A DNA stretch of 64,000 nt from Candidatus Heimdallarchaeota archaeon (GTDB taxonomy: Archaea; Asgardarchaeota; Heimdallarchaeia; Hodarchaeales; Hodarchaeaceae): contig JBHLSH010000003.1 in the NCBI GenBank assembly GCA_048881705.1, positions 1 through 64,000 of the forward strand, given 5' to 3'. The notes under the pieces were generated by a model. It saw only the letters and a program-made list of their open reading frames with translations. It was not told the DNA's origin and did no database searches. Positions within the stretch are counted from its first letter, which is position 1. Every line of letters starts with the position of its first letter. This document shows, piece after piece, positions 9,787 through 18,850 of the stretch. The translations under genes were made by a program, and so were the position numbers.

Positions 9787-10636
9787 CCGATTACATGTCC
9801 CCAAATGTCTTCCTATCTTGGGCAAGATCATAGAAGCCGAGGATGTAGTTACTATATCATTTAAATTACCTGGCCATTTAGATATTGACGTTATTCCCGG
9901 ACAATACTTCATGTTGTGGGTTCCTGGAGACGATGAAATTCCTATTGCAGTTAGTGATTATCAAGGCAACACTCTTTCCTTTACAGTTTTTGATCTTGGT
10001 TCAACAAGCCATAATTTAGTAAAAAGCCCAGCTGGTACGCTAATTGGCCTCCGCGGCCCCTTTGGCACTGGGTTTGCAATGGACAGAACCGAAATTTCTG
10101 TTGTAATTGGTGGCGGCATTGGAATAGCCCCCCTGCGCTACCTGACTGGCCAGATATTGGAATGCGATATTTCAACCAGGATTTTTATGATGGAAGGGGC
10201 AAGAAACGTAACTGGCCTTATTTATCGTAAATATTTTGAATCTCTTTCGATTGAGTCAGCCTTCTTTACTGATGATGGTTCCTTTGGCCGTAAGGGATTT
10301 CCTACCATTGCTTTGCAGGAACTGTTAACCTCAGATACAATGGAGTCACCTGAAGAACTTACGATATACGCCTGTGGCCCCGAGGCTATGCTGGTTTCAG
10401 TTGTAGCAATTACGACCAAACAAGGTTTAAATAAGAGATTACAGGTAAGCCTGGCAGATAGATTCATTAGGTGTGGATTTGGAGTTTGTGGTTCCTGTTT
10501 TATGGATGAAAGAGGTCTATCAATTTGCCATGATGGCCCAGTATTTCGCGGTGACTTAATCACAGATCTACAGGATTTCGGAGTATGGGGTCGAGGACCA
10601 GATGGGGACAAGTTTCCTTTGAAGAAGGAATCTTGA
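9779..10636 (+). CDS. pyrK: Dihydroorotate dehydrogenase electron-transfer subunit
   Basis: PGQYFM, RGPFG, GGGIGIAP, YACGP, [2Fe-2S] motif CGFGVCGSC...CHDGP; overlaps the pyrD stop. Confidence 0.93.
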   Translation: MNNRLHVPKCLPILGKIIEAEDVVTISFKLPGHLDIDVIPGQYFMLWVPGDDEIPIAVSDYQGNTLSFTVFDLGSTSHNLVKSPAGTLIGLRGPFGTGFAMDRTEISVVIGGGIGIAPLRYLTGQILECDISTRIFMMEGARNVTGLIYRKYFESLSIESAFFTDDGSFGRKGFPTIALQELLTSDTMESPEELTIYACGPEAMLVSVVAITTKQGLNKRLQVSLADRFIRCGFGVCGSCFMDERGLSICHDGPVFRGDLITDLQDFGVWGRGPDGDKFPLKKES

Positions 10637-10666
10637 CCAACATCCCTGAGTAATCACTCCAAGGCT

Positions 10667-11920
10667 TCACAATTTTTCAAAAGTAACTTTTCCTTGATTT
10701 ATAGTTAAGACGGGCCATCCTAAGAAGCTTTCTCCCTCCCAAGGACTCCATTTGCATTTTGTTTCGAGTTCCTCTCCTTTTACCTTCTTCCTATTCTTCA
10801 AATCGACCACAACAAGATTTGCAGGTTCATTTTCCGCAATTATCCCATTCTCTTGCAGGCCCATCAGCTTTCTGGGATTGACAGCTAAACTTTCCACAAT
10901 TATTTGAATCTGTGAGTTTGTTAGAGGATTCAGTTTTGTAAGGATTAGTGGCAAACATGTTTCCAGGTTCGGAATCCCCGCGAGTTCCTGATCGTTTTTT
11001 TCTTCTAACGTGTGGGGAGCATGGTCAGTAGCAATGATTGGAATCTCTCCACGTAAAAATAGGCTTAAAAGCCGCTCTTGCTCAATCTTCTTCCTTAAAG
11101 GTGGATTCATCTTTCCCTTGGCACCCAGACGCTCATAATCATCTTCGATATTTAAGAAAAGGTGGTGGGGGGTAACCTCGAAGGACACCCCTGCCATCTG
11201 GAGAGAATGAAGTGCTTCATGTACACTTATATGGGCGGCGTGTGGTTTTACCCGCGTTTTCCTCCCCGGAATACTCCCAAGAAGTGTTCTAACCGCTATG
11301 ACTTCAGTTCTAGCATCTCGGACTTTAACATGTGCTTTCAGCGATTTTCCAAAGCGTTTTTCATTCATCATGATCCTAGACGGGTCTTCACAATGAACAG
11401 AAAGAATTCCAGAACCCTGGAGTAGGTAATCTTCGATTTCCTCAGTATTGGTCTGGTATCCCCCCGTGGATGGTGAAAGATAAGCTTTATAGTATGGATG
11501 ATTAATTTTCAATGATAATTCCGTAGATTTAGTAAGAAGTGCAAAATGCTTGATACTGACCTCGCGGATTTTTTCGGCTCGTGCCTGACATCTTTTCAGA
11601 CTTTTGCTTGAATTAACGGGGTTTTTTTTATTTGGCATATCAAATACGGTTGTAAAACCCCCAGCTGCGGCGGCAACGGCACCTGTCGCGTAAGTTTCCT
11701 TGTGAGATTCTTCAAAATCACGTAAATGACAATGAATATCGACTAAACTTGGCAGTACTAATTTTCCTTTTAGATCTATTGTTACATCCCTCTCTCTAAT
11801 CTCGGATGTTTCTGTACTTGCGATATGACGTATTACGCCTAAATGGTCGTCAATTAGGATATGACCATTTATAACTCGCCTCTCTTTCTGTGACCAAAAC
11901 GCAGCGTTCTTCAGAAGCAT
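10667..11920 (-). CDS. pyrC: Dihydroorotase
   Basis: DIHCHLRD, AAAAGGFTTVFDMPN, VHCED, HAAHIS, EVTPHHL, KMNPPLR, ATDHAPH, KCKWSPWEG. Confidence 0.95.
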   Translation of the reverse strand: MLLKNAAFWSQKERRVINGHILIDDHLGVIRHIASTETSEIRERDVTIDLKGKLVLPSLVDIHCHLRDFEESHKETYATGAVAAAAGGFTTVFDMPNKKNPVNSSKSLKRCQARAEKIREVSIKHFALLTKSTELSLKINHPYYKAYLSPSTGGYQTNTEEIEDYLLQGSGILSVHCEDPSRIMMNEKRFGKSLKAHVKVRDARTEVIAVRTLLGSIPGRKTRVKPHAAHISVHEALHSLQMAGVSFEVTPHHLFLNIEDDYERLGAKGKMNPPLRKKIEQERLLSLFLRGEIPIIATDHAPHTLEEKNDQELAGIPNLETCLPLILTKLNPLTNSQIQIIVESLAVNPRKLMGLQENGIIAENEPANLVVVDLKNRKKVKGEELETKCKWSPWEGESFLGWPVLTINQGKVTFEKL

Positions 11921-11929
11921 AATTCTTCC

Positions 11930-12700
11930 TCAAGGGTCTAATTTACCTATCTCCATGTTGTATTCTTTGAGTTTAGCTAAAGGATTCTTTTGGTATATTA
12001 TTCCTCGTCCGATATTGAAGACTACCTCCTCTCTAAAGTATTTCAATAATTGAGACAGGCCGCCTCCTTGTTGACCAATCCCTGGGGCCAAAATTACCTT
12101 GTCAGACAATTCTTGACTAAGGATTTTTAGTTCCGAATCTCCTACATGGCCAGTTGCGCCAACGACTGCTCCCTCGGCATAAAGATTTGTCAATCTTGCG
12201 AGATGTTGATAAAGAGGGACGCAGCCCTTTGACCATTGGGTCATCCAGGCTGCTTCCGGATTCGACATTAGGACGAGTACAAAGGTTGCCAAGCCCCTTC
12301 TCTTGGCCTTATCACAGATTTCTTTAACGTTTCCCGGAAACGGGGAGTATGTGAACGCATCAAATCCCTCTTGTGAGAAATGATATAATGCTTGATCGTT
12401 AGTAAACCCAATATCAGAAACTTTGTGGTCAATAATTATTGGACGATTTCTCTCATGAATAGTATAAGTAATCTGTTGAATCTGGTCCAAATATAGGTCA
12501 AGGATATACTGACGGTTTATTTTGAATGCACAGCAGTACGAACTTAACTCTTCGATGGTTTGGAGTATCTTGGTAACCTTATCTTGATTCTTCGCCAAAG
12601 TCTGTGTGGATCTGCTCCCGTAGTTCGCAAAATCTAGTCCAACACAAATCTTACTCCCTGAATCGGCTTTTGCTGTTGATAATAAGCGTAAAAAGTTCAT
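11930..12700 (-). CDS. pyrF: Orotidine-5'-phosphate decarboxylase
   Basis: CVGLD, AFK, DHKVSDIGFT (DxKxxDI), VLMSNP, VVGAT, LAPGIGQQGG, NIGRGII. Confidence 0.93.
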   Translation of the reverse strand: MNFLRLLSTAKADSGSKICVGLDFANYGSRSTQTLAKNQDKVTKILQTIEELSSYCCAFKINRQYILDLYLDQIQQITYTIHERNRPIIIDHKVSDIGFTNDQALYHFSQEGFDAFTYSPFPGNVKEICDKAKRRGLATFVLVLMSNPEAAWMTQWSKGCVPLYQHLARLTNLYAEGAVVGATGHVGDSELKILSQELSDKVILAPGIGQQGGGLSQLLKYFREEVVFNIGRGIIYQKNPLAKLKEYNMEIGKLDP

Positions 12701-12707
12701 TTAAGGC

Positions 12708-12773
12708 ACCAACTTTACTTGAAAAGAGAGGAAAAACCCCACCCATTTCTACTTATCTCTTACAAAAGTTGGT
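12708..12773. promoter_or_regulatory. Imperfect long inverted repeat in the pyrF/pyrE divergent intergenic region
   Basis: ACCAACTTT (12708-12716) pairs with AAAGTTGGT (12765-12773); nested AAGAGA (12724-12729) pairs with TCTCTT (12756-12761). Confidence 0.4.
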
Positions 12774-12821
12774 TTAGAAATGCATTTAATCCCAACCTGT
12801 TCAAGGATTGAGGGAAGATAG

Positions 12822-13388
12822 ATGAATGGTCTTTCGTATCAGCAACGTATTCGCCTAATGAGTATATTAAAGGAAGTCGGTGTTATCAAGTTTGGGAATT
12901 TCACCTTAAAAGATGGATCAAATTCAGAAATCTATATTGACATGCGTATACTACCGAATTATCCAGAGGAATTTGCAGAAACCATTGATTTGGCCTCAGA
13001 TTATCTTGGAAACGCGGGAATACTGAATAATACCGATGGATTCATTGCACCGCCACTTGCGGGCGTTCCCTTGGCAACCGCATTATCTCTGTCCCTTCAT
13101 AAACCCTATTTCCTCGCGAGAATGGAACCCAAGACCTATGGAACCAAAAAACAGATTGAAGGAAATATTACGGCAAAGACCATGCTTGTTATAGATGATG
13201 TAATCACTTCAGGAGGCAGCAAACAACCAATTATTAAAGCAATCCGTGATCAGGGAGGATTCGTGGATTATATTTTCGTTTTCGTAAATAGAATGAAATC
13301 TAATGAGGAATTAGCTGATTTTGAGGCGAAGAATTCCATTAAAGTTCTTTTTATGCTTTCCTTGGAAATGATGGCTGGATTGAGATAG
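12822..13388 (+). CDS. pyrE: Orotate phosphoribosyltransferase
   Basis: KFGNFTLKDG..S..YIDMR, AGVPLAT, KTYG, PRPP loop VIDDVITSGGS. Confidence 0.95.
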   Translation: MNGLSYQQRIRLMSILKEVGVIKFGNFTLKDGSNSEIYIDMRILPNYPEEFAETIDLASDYLGNAGILNNTDGFIAPPLAGVPLATALSLSLHKPYFLARMEPKTYGTKKQIEGNITAKTMLVIDDVITSGGSKQPIIKAIRDQGGFVDYIFVFVNRMKSNEELADFEAKNSIKVLFMLSLEMMAGLR

Positions 13389-13417
13389 AGTCGGATTAAC
13401 TTACAGGAAGCCAGTTA

Positions 13418-16000
13418 TTGAAAATTGCAAGAACCGCACGCGACGCTTTTCAATTCGACACAAACATTTTTGATGATGAGGGCAATTTAACCTTTTCTAC
13501 TTTTCGGGATGTTCATCTATTTGTACAACGATTAAATGAGAACAGGGAATCGGAGGCTGAGCCTATCTATGCAAGCGATATTAACGGGCTAGTTCTTGAA
13601 TCGACAATTTTCGAAACCTGGTTGAATTCATTTCAACCTCAAGCTGGTAGAGACGTTATAAAGGAATTATTTACGTACTTAGAAGACCAAGTAGGAAAAG
13701 AGGAACTAGAGTCTACCCTCAAAGAATTTCTCGTTGAGTTTCCTCCGCCAGGAATTTATTCAGATAGAGAAACTATTAATCAATATTTAGAGGCAGCCCC
13801 ATCGGCAGAGCAAAACAAGAAACATACACTTACTTCTATGATTGTTTTATGGATAAGTAATGAAAATCCTGTTTTTTCTCGTGCTTCTTCCCTTATGGAT
13901 GACACTTCTTTAGCAGAGCGTACCACGTATCAACAGATCATATCTATCGCTCGAAATTTTTTCCAAACTCAGCCGCCTATAGGGGAGGAGGATCAAACAC
14001 TCTTTGAAATGCTGTATTCATTAAGAGATCAGGATCCTACTTCAATCCGAGGCCAATTAGAGTACATTCGTGACCATTGGGGGTATCTTCTGGGTGATTA
14101 TGAGGAGAAGATACTCCAAGCCCTTGATTTTATTGCGGAAGAAGAAAAAATGAGAGGAGGCGGCCCAGGAGAGGCGCAAGTTTATACCTATGATTCCCTA
14201 GCAGATAATTATTCTGTTGACGGCACTTGGATGCCTCAAGTTGTTATGATTGCAAAGAATATTCTAGTTTGGCTTGACCAATTGAGTAAAAAGTACAACC
14301 AGAAGATCCATCTATTAGACCAGGTGCCCAACGAAGAATTAATACAATTAAAACAATGGGGTTTCAATACGCTTTGGTTAATCGGGATATGGGAGCGCAG
14401 TCCTGCTTCAAAGGTTATTAAAAGATGGAGTGGAAATCCTGAGGCTGAGGCATCGGCGTATTCGATCCACGAGTACAAAATTGCTCAGAATTTAGGTGGG
14501 CACGACGCCCTTCGAAGTCTCAAAGAAAGAGCGAGGGATATCGGAATTCGCCTAGCTTGCGATATGGTTACGAACCATACAGGAATAGATTCTAAGTGGG
14601 TAATCGAGCATCCTGAATGGTTCATATCCCTTCCATATGCACCTTTCCCTAGTTACAGATATTCAGGGGCAAATGTATCCAATGATCCTCGCATCGGAAT
14701 TTATATTGAAGACCAATATTTCAGCCGCACTGACGCTGCGGTCACTTTCAAAAGAGTGGATCATGACACCAATGAAACCTCATATGTTTATCACGGAAAC
14801 GATGGTACTAGCATTCCGTGGGTTGACACAGCCCAGATAAACTATCTCAATTCTGAAGTTCGGGAGGCAGTTATACAGACCATCCTACAAGTAGCCAAGA
14901 TGTTCAGAGTAATTCGGTTTGACGCTGCCATGACCCTAACACGTAAGCATTACCAACGGTTATGGTTTCCTGCACCTGGAACAGGAGGGGATATTCCCTC
15001 TCGAGCCGAACACGGGATTTCTAACCAGGAATTCGCAAAAGCTATGCCTAAGGAATTCTGGCGCCAGGTAGTTGACCGAGTAAATCAGGATGCGCCTGAT
15101 ACTCTACTAATTGCGGAGGCTTTTTGGCTCCTGGAGGGATATTTTGTTAAAACTTTGGGAATGCACCGAGTGTACAACAGTGCGTTTATGAATATGCTGC
15201 GTGATGAGGATAATGCAAAGTACCGATTAGTTGTCAAGAATACATTGGAATATGATCCTGAGATATTGAAACGCTTTGTTAATTTTATGAACAATCCTGA
15301 TGAAGAGACTGCGGTATCACAATTCGGAAAAGGAGAGAAATATTTTGGAATTTGCGTTTTACTGGCCACAATGCCAGGTTTGCCATTATTTGGACATGGA
15401 CAGATCGAGGGTTATGAAGAACGATATGGTATGGAGTACAGTAAGGCGTACTGGAACGAAACACTGGATGTTGGTTTTGTCGAATTTCATGAAGAAATCA
15501 TATTTCCTCTGCTAAAACGTCGATATTTGTTTGCAGAGGTTACCAACTTTTGGCTTTATGATTGTTACAATGCAGATGGTACCGTGGACGAAGATGTTTT
15601 CATCTATTCCAACGGACAAGACGGTAATAAAGTTGTCGTAATTTATCATAATCGTCACAAGCAAACAAGTGGATGGATAAAGATATCCTCGATGGTACTA
15701 ATCAAGGAACATGACGGGACATCAAAACTAGTACAGACCACAATTGGGGAGTCATTAGGGCTGCATTCAGAGGAGGAGTATTTTGTCCGATTTCGAGATG
15801 TAATAAGTACCCGGGACTATCTTCGAAAAAGTAAAGAAATCCTCGAACAAGGGTTGTACATTAAATTGGGGCCCTATCAAGCCATGGTGCTGATGGATAT
15901 CCAGGAGGTAATCGACACTTCAGGTGTATACGGTAGGCTTTATAGAAAGCTGGCAGGAAGTGGCGTACGTGACCTTGATCAAGAAATTGGCAAAATCTAA
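13418..16000 (+). CDS. Alpha-amylase family (GH13) glycoside hydrolase with a long N-terminal helical region
   Basis: GH13 conserved regions: DMVTNH (I), RFDAAM nucleophile (II), AEAFW acid/base (III), FMNNPDEE (IV); also WLIGIWERS and SAYS. TTG start. Confidence 0.88.
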   Translation: MKIARTARDAFQFDTNIFDDEGNLTFSTFRDVHLFVQRLNENRESEAEPIYASDINGLVLESTIFETWLNSFQPQAGRDVIKELFTYLEDQVGKEELESTLKEFLVEFPPPGIYSDRETINQYLEAAPSAEQNKKHTLTSMIVLWISNENPVFSRASSLMDDTSLAERTTYQQIISIARNFFQTQPPIGEEDQTLFEMLYSLRDQDPTSIRGQLEYIRDHWGYLLGDYEEKILQALDFIAEEEKMRGGGPGEAQVYTYDSLADNYSVDGTWMPQVVMIAKNILVWLDQLSKKYNQKIHLLDQVPNEELIQLKQWGFNTLWLIGIWERSPASKVIKRWSGNPEAEASAYSIHEYKIAQNLGGHDALRSLKERARDIGIRLACDMVTNHTGIDSKWVIEHPEWFISLPYAPFPSYRYSGANVSNDPRIGIYIEDQYFSRTDAAVTFKRVDHDTNETSYVYHGNDGTSIPWVDTAQINYLNSEVREAVIQTILQVAKMFRVIRFDAAMTLTRKHYQRLWFPAPGTGGDIPSRAEHGISNQEFAKAMPKEFWRQVVDRVNQDAPDTLLIAEAFWLLEGYFVKTLGMHRVYNSAFMNMLRDEDNAKYRLVVKNTLEYDPEILKRFVNFMNNPDEETAVSQFGKGEKYFGICVLLATMPGLPLFGHGQIEGYEERYGMEYSKAYWNETLDVGFVEFHEEIIFPLLKRRYLFAEVTNFWLYDCYNADGTVDEDVFIYSNGQDGNKVVVIYHNRHKQTSGWIKISSMVLIKEHDGTSKLVQTTIGESLGLHSEEEYFVRFRDVISTRDYLRKSKEILEQGLYIKLGPYQAMVLMDIQEVIDTSGVYGRLYRKLAGSGVRDLDQEIGKI

Positions 16001-16012
16001 GAGGCAATAATA

Positions 16013-16981
16013 TCAGAGTAGATCAAGTTTCCGCAGAACTACCCAAACAGGAACGATTAGAACAACACTAATGATAACTATGATCCAAAACGCGTATGGA
16101 TGATCATAAAAAGGCAATTCTACGTTCATTCCGTATAATGATGCTATCAGAGTCGGAACCATTAAGATGAACGAAATAGATGCTAATACTTTGATTAAGT
16201 CGTTTTGGTTGTTGGAGATTACGCTGGCAAAAGCATCCAATGAGGACTCAACGAGGGTACTATAGATACTAAGAAGGTCGGCCTGTTGTTGTAGGTCGAT
16301 GGATAGATCCTCCAGATCATCCTGAACATCAGAAAGATTGATAAACATCGGGGCTTTCTTTAAACCATAAAATGCTCTAAGATTACCTTTCAACGCTGCA
16401 TCCAAATAAGTGGTGTCCCTAGAGAGCCGAAAAACATCTTTAATAGAACTTGATCTAATAGACTCAAAAATATCTTTCTCCACCTTAGCTAAATCAGAAT
16501 CAATTGTATCTACTACGAGTTCAAAACTTTTAACAACGGTTTCAAGCCAATCCAATAGTACCAAGATTGTTGGAGTTGGTCGTTTCCGACGTGACCCTAT
16601 TGGTTTTCTGATGCTTTTAGTTTTGATCTTTTCTGATACAATTGTAACTAGGAAGTCTTTGGTCAAAAAAACCACCACTGGTCGTGTTGTTGGTTGCTTT
16701 TGATAATCAGCGGACATTAGAGTTATTGATTCAATTGCAGGAACACGTAAAACAAGTTTCACGAACTCAGGATTTTCAGGTTCTAGTTCCAAACGTGGAC
16801 GCTCGTCTTCATCCAACGAATCCTCCAAATCCTCCCAAGGAATGTCAAATGTTGTCTGTATTGTTCTCAATTCCTCCTTTGATGGCATCGTACAAATTAT
16901 CCAAACGGGAATGTTGGGCCTAATACCCTTTACAAAATCAGTATAAGTGAGGCCAGTATTTAGGTTTCGTACTTCTATCAT
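16013..16981 (-). CDS. corA: CorA-family Mg2+/Co2+ transporter
   Basis: EDSLDEDERPRLE, signature YGMN between two C-terminal transmembrane helices. Confidence 0.93.
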   Translation of the reverse strand: MIEVRNLNTGLTYTDFVKGIRPNIPVWIICTMPSKEELRTIQTTFDIPWEDLEDSLDEDERPRLELEPENPEFVKLVLRVPAIESITLMSADYQKQPTTRPVVVFLTKDFLVTIVSEKIKTKSIRKPIGSRRKRPTPTILVLLDWLETVVKSFELVVDTIDSDLAKVEKDIFESIRSSSIKDVFRLSRDTTYLDAALKGNLRAFYGLKKAPMFINLSDVQDDLEDLSIDLQQQADLLSIYSTLVESSLDAFASVISNNQNDLIKVLASISFILMVPTLIASLYGMNVELPFYDHPYAFWIIVIISVVLIVPVWVVLRKLDLL

Positions 16982-17016
16982 TTAACAAAACCTCCAACAT
17001 AATGCAATCTTCGGCT

Positions 17017-17098
17017 TTTGAGAATCTCAAACGATTTAAGGATGAAAACTTATCAACCCAAAAGGGTGTCTTATTGACATGGTTATTGAAATAGCCAT
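17017..17098. promoter_or_regulatory. Two palindromic sites between divergent corA and MTase genes (possible operators)
   Basis: TTTGAGA-A-TCTCAAA (17017-17031, perfect) and ATGGTTAT-TGAA-ATAGCCAT (17079-17098, one mismatch). Confidence 0.35.
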
Positions 17099-17185
17099 TG
17101 ACTTTCTTAGGTTTGCGAGCTAAACAGATCTATCTCATTGTATCTAATGCAATCATTTTATAGGTTTGCCTAGGGGATTAACCAG

Positions 17186-18316
17186 ATGGGTTCAATGAAA
17201 TTCCTTGATGCCAAGAAAATATCAGATATTAAACAACTGGCAATCCCAGAGCGGGAACAAGGTGTAACGCGCACCTATTACAGCTACCCTGCAAAGTTTT
17301 TGGCGAAACTGCCTCGAGGACTGATATCACGATTCACCTCGGAGGGAGATCTTGTACTTGATCCATTTGTGGGAGGTGGAACCACAGGACTCGAAGCCAT
17401 GATTTTAAATCGAAAATTCATAGGTTATGATATTAATCCGTTCGCTATTTTTGTTTCGAAGGTTAAAACCACCTATATTGAACCTGAACGACTAAATAAA
17501 GAATTAATAATTTTATCCCAAGATCGGAGTACGTTTTCGGAGGGATCAAATGTAGTACTCGATCAGGAGGACAAAATATGTCTTGGTCCCCAAATTTCCA
17601 GCGAAATAGAAAGCCTTGCTTCAAAGATAGGTAAGATTAGACCCGAAAATATCCAGCAGTTTTTCAAATTAGCGCTAATACATTCAGTTAAAATCATCGG
17701 CAGACGTGATTTTGAGAATAGAAAAGGAGAACAGATTGGATCCATTTATCCTATTTTCGAGAGAAAAAGCCATAAGATGATTCGAAACATGGCAGATCTT
17801 CCTAGATACTCCCAATATACCCCCAAGTTTGTGCAATCATCGAGTCAAAACCTTGATATAATCCAAAATAACGACGTAGATCTGATAATAGGGAGTCCTC
17901 CATATAAGGACAAAGATATCGAATATCAGCAACTTCAGATCCAAAGAAGATCGCTACGCAAATCAAAAAGAACGGAAATTATCTCCAAATTATTGGGAAC
18001 ACAACCATTGCATAGGTCAATCCTGTGTTGGACTGGGGAGAAAGGCGAAGTCTATTGGAAAACTAGTATCGAAATTTTAAAAGAATGCTTTAGAGTTTTA
18101 AAGCCTGGAAACTTCGGTTTCTTCTGGACCGGATTTAAATCCCCCACTGATGCAGAGAAGTATTGTGAGCAACTAACGTATATAGGATTCCAGCTAGTTA
18201 CAATCATTCCCGTTGAATTAAGCCATGATAGATCTGCTTCTAGTCGATCGACCCATCATGGCCGACCTACGAATATGATGTCCTTTGATAGTTTATTTAT
18301 AGTCCAAAAGCTATGA
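17186..18316 (+). CDS. Amino-DNA methyltransferase, probably N4-cytosine (SPPY), orphan
   Basis: SYPAKF, motif I VLDPFVGGGTT followed later by motif IV GSPPY, and ECFRVLKPG. Confidence 0.85.
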   Translation: MGSMKFLDAKKISDIKQLAIPEREQGVTRTYYSYPAKFLAKLPRGLISRFTSEGDLVLDPFVGGGTTGLEAMILNRKFIGYDINPFAIFVSKVKTTYIEPERLNKELIILSQDRSTFSEGSNVVLDQEDKICLGPQISSEIESLASKIGKIRPENIQQFFKLALIHSVKIIGRRDFENRKGEQIGSIYPIFERKSHKMIRNMADLPRYSQYTPKFVQSSSQNLDIIQNNDVDLIIGSPPYKDKDIEYQQLQIQRRSLRKSKRTEIISKLLGTQPLHRSILCWTGEKGEVYWKTSIEILKECFRVLKPGNFGFFWTGFKSPTDAEKYCEQLTYIGFQLVTIIPVELSHDRSASSRSTHHGRPTNMMSFDSLFIVQKL

Positions 18317-18360
18317 TTTTTATCTAGATTAAAGAACACTCACGGAGGGGATACCTCTTC

Positions 18361-18696
18361 TCACCCGTAAAACGACGGGGGATCAGAATCCTCTTGTGGC
18401 CTTGGAGGACCGATTTGGATTTCCCCATGTTGTTGTTCAAATCGTTTGACATGGTCAAGCATCCACGCAGCCATACGTTTCCAGACAGCAGGTGCCATTC
18501 GAATATTAAGCATAAACTTGTGTTCAACGGTATCTAATACAATCTGACCAGGATGTTCGCCCGTCCGAGGGATTAGATTATCCTGGAAGAAGCTAATATT
18601 ACCCTCATTAGGATTAATTCCCCCAAAAAATCCAGAAATTGTATAGGAGGGCACATTATCAAATGAGATCCTTCTTTTTGGCTCCTTTTGAGACAT
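18361..18696 (-). CDS. Small DUF3467-like protein
   Basis: The pattern Y.ISGF.GG....EG.ISFF...IRMAPAVWKRMAAWMLDHVKRFEQQHGEI resembles my recollection of the DUF3467 consensus. Confidence 0.6.
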   Translation of the reverse strand: MSQKEPKRRISFDNVPSYTISGFFGGINPNEGNISFFQDNLIPRTGEHPGQIVLDTVEHKFMLNIRMAPAVWKRMAAWMLDHVKRFEQQHGEIQIGPPRPQEDSDPPSFYG

Positions 18697-18850
18697 TTGT
18701 ATCCATTCCTCGGTTTAGAGTTTAATGGAGTACCCTCTTATGTAAGCTTGGACTAATTAATATCCTTAAAATTCCACAAAAAAAGAACTCAAAACATGTT
18801 CATTGTCACATTCTGATAATCTCCAGTGTCTGAATCTCGGAAGCCAATTA

